Part shown: positions 58,355 through 64,000 of the stretch, one piece after another | How positions within the stretch are numbered: position 1 is the first letter of the stretch | Layout of the letters: each line of letters opens with the position of its first letter | Source: Sphingobacteriales bacterium | Lineage (GTDB): Bacteria; Bacteroidota; Bacteroidia; Chitinophagales; Chitinophagaceae | Direction: 5' to 3' | Assembly (NCBI GenBank): GCA_016200915.1 | Contig: JACQDV010000007.1 | Coordinates: 15,273-79,272 of the forward strand | Length of the DNA: 64,000 nt | The notes under the pieces: generated by a model | What the model was told of the DNA's origin: nothing | What the model saw: the letters and a program-made list of their open reading frames with translations, nothing else | Database searches by the model: none | Program-made: the position numbers and the translations under genes

Positions 58355-61300
58355 TCATGATTCAAATTCTTCTTCCTCTTCCGTTAATTCATGTAAAGCC
58401 ACGGCCATATTATTGGTTTTAACAAAATTGCACCAGTGGCAATCTTCTTTACCACAGCCTACGTAAAAATCACGATTTTGAATTTTATCCCACACTATTT
58501 TTATCTGCTGCGTAACAGTAGTAATATCTTCCGGTTTGATAATGAGTTTTTCTTTGCGGTAATTTTTCTTTTTATCCGGCTCAATAAAATCAAATTCCGA
58601 GCTGATCACTTTCCAGTTCTTTTGCTCGTAATTATCTACTAATAATTTATAAAACACTGCCTGGCGCCAGTAATCACCGCCATCGGGATTTTTTTCATTG
58701 GGTGATTGTAGTTTTTCTCTTGCTTTATCATAATCACCGGTTTTATAATCCACCACATTTACAGCAGTTCCGTCAAATTCAAGTTTATCTAATTTTCCTT
58801 TTATAGGAACACCATTCACTACTACATTACGGATATTTCTTTCTACTGCAACAATTTTGTTCCAGGTGTTGATATATTTATCATAGTAGTTGGATAATAC
58901 TTCTTCACCATACTCCATTCTTCGCTCAAATTGTTCTTTAGTGAAGCTTTCCCGGTGACGGCGCATATACCAGTTGAAATCATTAATGAATTCTTCTTTT
59001 GAAGGAAACTGTCCTTTACCTCCACCCATTCTATCAGGTCCAATCATTTTCCTGAATAATTGTTCTAAAGCATGGTGAACAGCTGAACCAAATTCCGTAG
59101 CTTCCGATTTACCCGATGGAACACGAACCAAATTGTTGAAATAAAAATTAAGCGGACATTTTAAATAATTGTTGAGTGCAGTAACGTTCATCACAAACTT
59201 ATCTAATAACCGGCTCACAAACTCTTCTTCTAATTGTGTGATTTCAGGAGCAGCTGCTTCTCCAAACTGCAATGCCTGGAAGGCGGCCATTACTTCATTA
59301 TCTAATATCACTTTTTCAATCGGCAATTCATGCTGATCTAATATCTCTGCAATAAACATAGAAGGCTCCAGTTCTTTGCCATCATTTTTAAAGCGACTGT
59401 AGGAAATATATAAATGTTGCTCGGCTCTTGTTAAGGCAACATAAAACAAGCGGCGAAGTTCTTCGGCCCCCCCCTGGCCCCCCCCTGCAGGGGAGGAAAT
59501 AGTTGTAAACATCGTGTCGGGTAATTTGTAACCACCACCTGGTTTTCTTTTCTTCTCCCAGAAAGAGGCATTACAACCTGCGAGGAAAACATATTCAAAT
59601 TCTAAACCTTTGGAACCATGTGCTGTCATTAAGTTTACCCCTTTATCACTGCCACTTACCTGAGTTAATGGTAAAGAAATGTTTTCCTTTTCCATCAGTT
59701 CAATAATATTTACTAATTGCTGAAGTGACAATGTTGGGTTGCGACGAGTTTCTTCTTTTACAAAATCAAAGAAGCCCGTAAGAATTTGCAGCTGCCATAT
59801 TTTGTCTTCGCTTAGCATAATGTGTGTTAATACACCTGCTTCACGAATAATATTTTCAATAAGCGTTTGAATAGTTACGTTTGAAACATCTCCAATTAGT
59901 TTTTCAATAATGCTGCTGGCTTTAACAAGCTTATCATTTGTTTTGGGTGAGAACAGATATTTAGGTGCAGCATTGGCTTTGTCAAATAATAGTTTCCGCA
60001 ACGATGTTTTTTCGTCTCCAAATCTTTTCTCTGCTACTTCTACACTAAGTTTTGCAATTTCAATTGGTGGAATATGAAGCCAATCAAAGTGTAAAAGCTC
60101 AAACAGCATTTCATCGCCGCCGTAAGAAATATCATGTTCAGCAGCAAGGTACTTTATCAATAGAATGATCTTTTGAGCTAATGGTAATTCAAGGATATTC
60201 AAACTGCGTTTGCTGTACACAGGCACATTGCGCAGCTTAAAATAATTAGTTAGTTCTTCACCATATTTATTTTCTTTATAAATAATGCCAATACTTCCGG
60301 GCTTTATTCCTTGTGCTAATAGTTTTTGTACAGTAATGGTTATATCCATCATCTCCTGTCTTTGCGTTTCGTATTCTTTAATAACAGGCGTGTGAATAAG
60401 ATGGCTGATTTTATTGTTGCTTGATTTTAATTCTTTGCTTAGTCCCGGTAATTTTTCAACCAATCTTTCTTTATTGATATCAATTAAAGATTTTGAAACA
60501 TCTAATATGGGTTGAGTGGAGCGGTAATTATTGGTTAATACTACCGTCATCAAATCCTTTTGATATTTATCGGCAAAGAGCTCCATGTTTTCAATGTTGG
60601 CGCCCTGGAAACGATAGATACTCTGGTCATCGTCACCAACTACAAATACATTGGGTTTATCCCAGTAGTTGATGAGCAGTTCCACAATTTTATTTTGTGT
60701 ACCGCTGGTATCCTGGAATTCATCCACCAAAATGTATAAGAATTGCTCCTGGTAACGATTGAGCAGGTTTTTATTTTCTTCAAATGCTTTGATCACCCAG
60801 TTGATCATATCATCAAAGTCGTAGCGGTTACGGCTGCGCATAAGTTGCTGGTAGCGGTTAAACTCATTAATTGCCGCCCGCAGTTTTTCCATCTTTTCTT
60901 TTTCTTCTTCAATCTTATCTTTCTTTATATCCCCTGCATTAAATTCTTTATATTTTCTTTTATAAATGAATTCATCCCTGTTGGCTAAATCGTTTAAGTA
61001 TTCATCAATTTTCTGATTGATAAATGCTGCTGTCCATCCCTCCCGTTTCATAGTACTGAAAAGTGACTGAAGATTGGTTACTTCAAAATACACATCACCA
61101 CGGTAACGCTTTAATGGGTGATTTTTAGGAAAAGAATCGATGAGTTGTTTAAAGAGTTCAATTTTCTCCAGATCGGAAATCGGATCAAGTGCTGTTTTTT
61201 CAAACAGCGAAAGATTTTCCTGTATCACATCATTACAAAAGGCATGAAAGGTGTAGATATTCACTTTATAGGCTTCGGAACCGATAAAGGAAAGCAGCCG

Positions 61301-61540
61301 CTTGCGCATGGCCACTACACCAGCATCCGTATAAGTGAGACATAAAATATTTTCAGGTTGTGTATCGGTATCTAACAATATCTTTCCAATTCTTGCACTT
61401 AGTATTTGTGTTTTACCAGTGCCGGGTCCTGCAATTACCATCACCGGGCCTTCAATAGTATCAACTGCCCGGCGCTGCTGTTCATTTAAGTTATTGTAAT
61501 CAGCATTAAATTTTTCCAATAGTTTTCTGTTCAACGCCAT
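58355..61540 (-). CDS. UvrD/PcrA-family helicase with C-terminal PD-(D/E)XK (RecB-like) nuclease domain and Cys cluster
   Basis: Motif I AGPGTGKT, motif VI RRLFYVALTRA, C-terminal DYKTGD nuclease motif and C..C..CHWC. Confidence 0.85.
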   Translation of the reverse strand: MALNRKLLEKFNADYNNLNEQQRRAVDTIEGPVMVIAGPGTGKTQILSARIGKILLDTDTQPENILCLTYTDAGVVAMRKRLLSFIGSEAYKVNIYTFHAFCNDVIQENLSLFEKTALDPISDLEKIELFKQLIDSFPKNHPLKRYRGDVYFEVTNLQSLFSTMKREGWTAAFINQKIDEYLNDLANRDEFIYKRKYKEFNAGDIKKDKIEEEKEKMEKLRAAINEFNRYQQLMRSRNRYDFDDMINWVIKAFEENKNLLNRYQEQFLYILVDEFQDTSGTQNKIVELLINYWDKPNVFVVGDDDQSIYRFQGANIENMELFADKYQKDLMTVVLTNNYRSTQPILDVSKSLIDINKERLVEKLPGLSKELKSSNNKISHLIHTPVIKEYETQRQEMMDITITVQKLLAQGIKPGSIGIIYKENKYGEELTNYFKLRNVPVYSKRSLNILELPLAQKIILLIKYLAAEHDISYGGDEMLFELLHFDWLHIPPIEIAKLSVEVAEKRFGDEKTSLRKLLFDKANAAPKYLFSPKTNDKLVKASSIIEKLIGDVSNVTIQTLIENIIREAGVLTHIMLSEDKIWQLQILTGFFDFVKEETRRNPTLSLQQLVNIIELMEKENISLPLTQVSGSDKGVNLMTAHGSKGLEFEYVFLAGCNASFWEKKRKPGGGYKLPDTMFTTISSPAGGGQGGAEELRRLFYVALTRAEQHLYISYSRFKNDGKELEPSMFIAEILDQHELPIEKVILDNEVMAAFQALQFGEAAAPEITQLEEEFVSRLLDKFVMNVTALNNYLKCPLNFYFNNLVRVPSGKSEATEFGSAVHHALEQLFRKMIGPDRMGGGKGQFPSKEEFINDFNWYMRRHRESFTKEQFERRMEYGEEVLSNYYDKYINTWNKIVAVERNIRNVVVNGVPIKGKLDKLEFDGTAVNVVDYKTGDYDKAREKLQSPNEKNPDGGDYWRQAVFYKLLVDNYEQKNWKVISSEFDFIEPDKKKNYRKEKLIIKPEDITTVTQQIKIVWDKIQNRDFYVGCGKEDCHWCNFVKTNNMAVALHELTEEEEEFES
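59464..59500. repeat. Degenerate palindromic element with two C8 tracts inside the helicase CDS (encodes ..SSPAGGGQGGAE..)
   Basis: cccctgcagggg core with flanking G/C runs; same reading frame and SPAG-GQG peptide as the metH copy. Confidence 0.6.
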
Positions 61541-61613
61541 GTTTCAAAGTTAGGTTTTGCAGGGGAGAAATAGCCTTTGCAAAACAATATGAGTTTTGTA
61601 TTGTTAGTAAACC

Positions 61614-62114
61614 ATGTCAAGAGGTTATATTTTAAAAACAGTTCAGAAAATTCCTGCTGATATGGAAACGGTTTGGAATTTTTTTTCCCGGCCTGGTAAT
61701 TTGCAAACCATCACACCTGAGCATATGAACTTTATTATTACCAGCCCAATTTTGAACAGGGAAGCTTACGCCGGGGAAATTATTACTTATAAAGTAAGTC
61801 CTGTGTTTAATATTCCTATGCGATGGGTTACTGAAATAACACAGGTAAAACATCACGAATATTTTGTAGATGAACAGCGGTTTGGTCCTTATGCCATGTG
61901 GCATCACGAACATCATTTTAAAGCTATTGATGGCGGGATAGAAATGACGGATTTAGTCAATTATAAAATCCCTTTTTGGTTTATGGGAGATATTGCCAAC
62001 AGCTTATTGGTACGAAACAAACTGAAACAAATTTTTAGTTACCGCTATACCAGGATTGAAGAATTATTTGGCAGGTGGAAAGAAGGTGAACTAAAAGAGA
62101 TGCTGTTTTATTAA
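61614..62114 (+). CDS. SRPBCC (START/Bet v1-like) family protein
   Basis: ~166 aa, COG4276-like pattern. Confidence 0.6.
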   Translation: MSRGYILKTVQKIPADMETVWNFFSRPGNLQTITPEHMNFIITSPILNREAYAGEIITYKVSPVFNIPMRWVTEITQVKHHEYFVDEQRFGPYAMWHHEHHFKAIDGGIEMTDLVNYKIPFWFMGDIANSLLVRNKLKQIFSYRYTRIEELFGRWKEGELKEMLFY

Positions 62115-62448
62115 TCTTTTTTATCTTTAAATGCACGATCCCCGTTTTTAGCATCCAGTATTTACTAGCCCGGTGGTTTTTGTAACTGCCGGTTTTCTTT
62201 TTTAAGTATTTATGCGTAAAACTCTATGTTTTTGTTCAAAAATATACCAGTTTGTGGTATTGTTTGGTCTTGATCAGGCAAATACATTTGTATGAGGAAA
62301 ACGGTATATCTGATTATAAACTAATTTTTACCGTGCCATTAGACCCCACTGCTATTAGTTGGCCGTTGCTACTTGGGTAAACAAAAACATTAGATCATTA
62401 TCTTTCTTGTCTTAAGTCTGGTGAACTACTCGCCAGACTTTTTTTATT

Positions 62449-63102
62449 TTATCCCGGGATGCGGGTGATATATTTTTCCATTTGTTTGATCTGGTCAACC
62501 AGTTGCGGAGTAGTTGGCTTAAGGGCTTTTGTTTTACGGAAGAAATCTTTGGCAGCTCTGAACTCTCTTTTGTTCATATATATCTGGCACATTTGGAAAT
62601 ATGCCATTGCCTGTCCTTCTTTATCGGGGATGCCGGCACGGATGGCCTGACGGATATAGTTTTCACCAGTTTTCCAATCCCCTTTTTGCAGGGCCAGCAT
62701 ACCAAGCTGCAACTTATTGGCACCTTCCGCATCTTTCATCATGGTACCACCCAGATCCAAACTTTTCTTTAAATGTTTTTCAGCTTCATCTGTATTTTGA
62801 CTAACCATTGCCAGCTGACCTTTTACGGCATAATAAGCAGAGCGAACGGGCTTAATCAGTAAACCGGGAAACCAGATTGAATCCAGCACTTTTTTAGCCC
62901 CATCAAAATCACCTTCTTCAATAAACACCTGTATTAAACGCAAAGGACCAATTAAGAAGTGACCAACAATACAGATCACCGCAATAAAATATAATATAAA
63001 TGATGGCCAGAAACCAGTATAAATATTAACTGCAATGGCTCCAACGAGGGCAATCAAACCTATCCACAAACGGTATTTAATAAAAGTATTCAACCACTTC
63101 AT
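62449..63102 (-). CDS. Membrane-anchored tetratricopeptide-repeat protein
   Basis: Two N-terminal TM helices, TPR-like repeats. Confidence 0.65.
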   Translation of the reverse strand: MKWLNTFIKYRLWIGLIALVGAIAVNIYTGFWPSFILYFIAVICIVGHFLIGPLRLIQVFIEEGDFDGAKKVLDSIWFPGLLIKPVRSAYYAVKGQLAMVSQNTDEAEKHLKKSLDLGGTMMKDAEGANKLQLGMLALQKGDWKTGENYIRQAIRAGIPDKEGQAMAYFQMCQIYMNKREFRAAKDFFRKTKALKPTTPQLVDQIKQMEKYITRIPG

Positions 63103-63203
63103 AATGCATGAAAATTAAGGAGTGCAAAGATAAGGGAATGTGAAATTGGCAACCGACAATATGCAACAGGCAAGGCTAATAACCTTCAACCAGTGGCTTA
63201 TAA

Positions 63204-63662
63204 CTATTTCCTGGCATCGTTGATCTCGATCCAGTAGCCGTCGGGGTCGGTGAAGTATATCTGTTTTACACCATCTACCCGGTTGGTAACGGCTTGTTTT
63301 TCTCCCAGCCAGTTTTCGTAGGCAATGTGGTTTTGATTAAGAATTTTTATAAACTCAGCTACAGATGGAACAGAGAAGCAGAGATGACTATTTTTATCAT
63401 GCGTGGTTACGGCTGTCGCCCCCGAAATAATATGTAAATGAGCATTGGTACCAATAGCAAACCAGGTATGCCTGCCATCATGAAAAGGCTCGGGAATGGT
63501 ATCTAACCCTACTATATCCTGATAAAAACTGGTGCTTTTTTTCAAATCTACTACATATACAGCTATATGATTGATGACTGCTTTTGTTTTAGAAGACTGG
63601 GCTTTTGAATTAAGAGACAGCATAACACCAACAGCAGTTGCCAAAACGAATGATTTTTTCAT
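63204..63662 (-). CDS. VOC family (glyoxalase/bleomycin-resistance fold) protein, secreted
   Basis: Signal peptide; VOC beta-alpha-beta-beta-beta metal ligands (H..E pattern). Confidence 0.75.
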   Translation of the reverse strand: MKKSFVLATAVGVMLSLNSKAQSSKTKAVINHIAVYVVDLKKSTSFYQDIVGLDTIPEPFHDGRHTWFAIGTNAHLHIISGATAVTTHDKNSHLCFSVPSVAEFIKILNQNHIAYENWLGEKQAVTNRVDGVKQIYFTDPDGYWIEINDARK

Positions 63663-63749
63663 ACTGAATGATTGATATGGAAAGATAAAATTAATAGTGC
63701 AGATAGTTAGAAAATGATTTGACAGAAACTGTTATTTTTGCCGCCCAAT

Positions 63750-63824
63750 GGCCCCGTAGTTCAATGGATAGAATAGAAGTTTCCTAAACTTTAGATACAG
63801 GTTCGATTCCTGTCGGGGCTACCA
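63750..63824 (+). tRNA. tRNA-Arg(CCT), canonical, CCA encoded
   Basis: Manual fold: acceptor ggccccg/cggggct, D-arm gttc-aatggata-gaat, anticodon loop ttCCTaa, T-arm acagg-ttcgatt-cctgt, ACCA end. Confidence 0.9.
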
Positions 63825-64000
63825 AAGAGGAATTTAAAGAGCAATTGTATAATTGCTCTTTTTTATTTTCATTATAATTGATTGAAACATTGGAAATTAA
63901 TTGAATCGAAGTAGGCATTTAGCTACTCCATTTTTAGTTGATTAACAGTTACTGGCTGATGATACATCATCCTTCCGGTTATGTTGTGAAAAATTCTTTC

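Noticed and set aside
1-64000. CRISPR arrays
   Set aside because: No evenly spaced direct repeats with unique spacers were seen. The only tandem arrays are the 7x17-bp (23089-23210) and 2x36-bp (5937-6008) repeats, which lack spacer structure.

Overview
This is a low-GC (~38-40%) window of Bacteroidota type; gene content suggests Chitinophagaceae-like, and promoter-proximal context lacks Shine-Dalgarno motifs. Most of the window is housekeeping or core genes: fabH, rpoN, pyrH, pdxH, hup, xth, recR, a split metH, umuDC, rtcB, a SulP transporter, and glycoside hydrolases of the GH63-like, GH97 and GH-like family 10 groups. The central part, about 26.3-34.8 kb, looks like an accessory island. 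In order it holds a DUF433/DUF5615 toxin-antitoxin pair, two small peptide ORFs with strong terminators, an array of AT-rich non-canonical tRNA-like genes, an AAA ATPase with an RNase H-like (YkuK/DUF458-like) partner, further tRNA fragments including two that lack the anticodon arm, a lone SPFH protein, an AT-rich HEPN-like (Rx4H) gene, and a DEDDh-exonuclease cassette inserted into the 5' end of rtcB with a ~55-bp duplication. Other notable points: a family of ~40-bp GC-rich palindromic elements occurs both intergenically and in-frame inside metH and a UvrD-type helicase; an IS200-like RAYT transposase with flanking hairpins and a 7x17-bp tandem array sits between umuD and umuC; metH is split by a GxxExxY gene; and a long minus-strand operon couples a LytTR two-component system to YceI, PSCyt1 heme lipoproteins and an OB-fold protein. 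All calls are from sequence and ORF translation only; no database searches were run.
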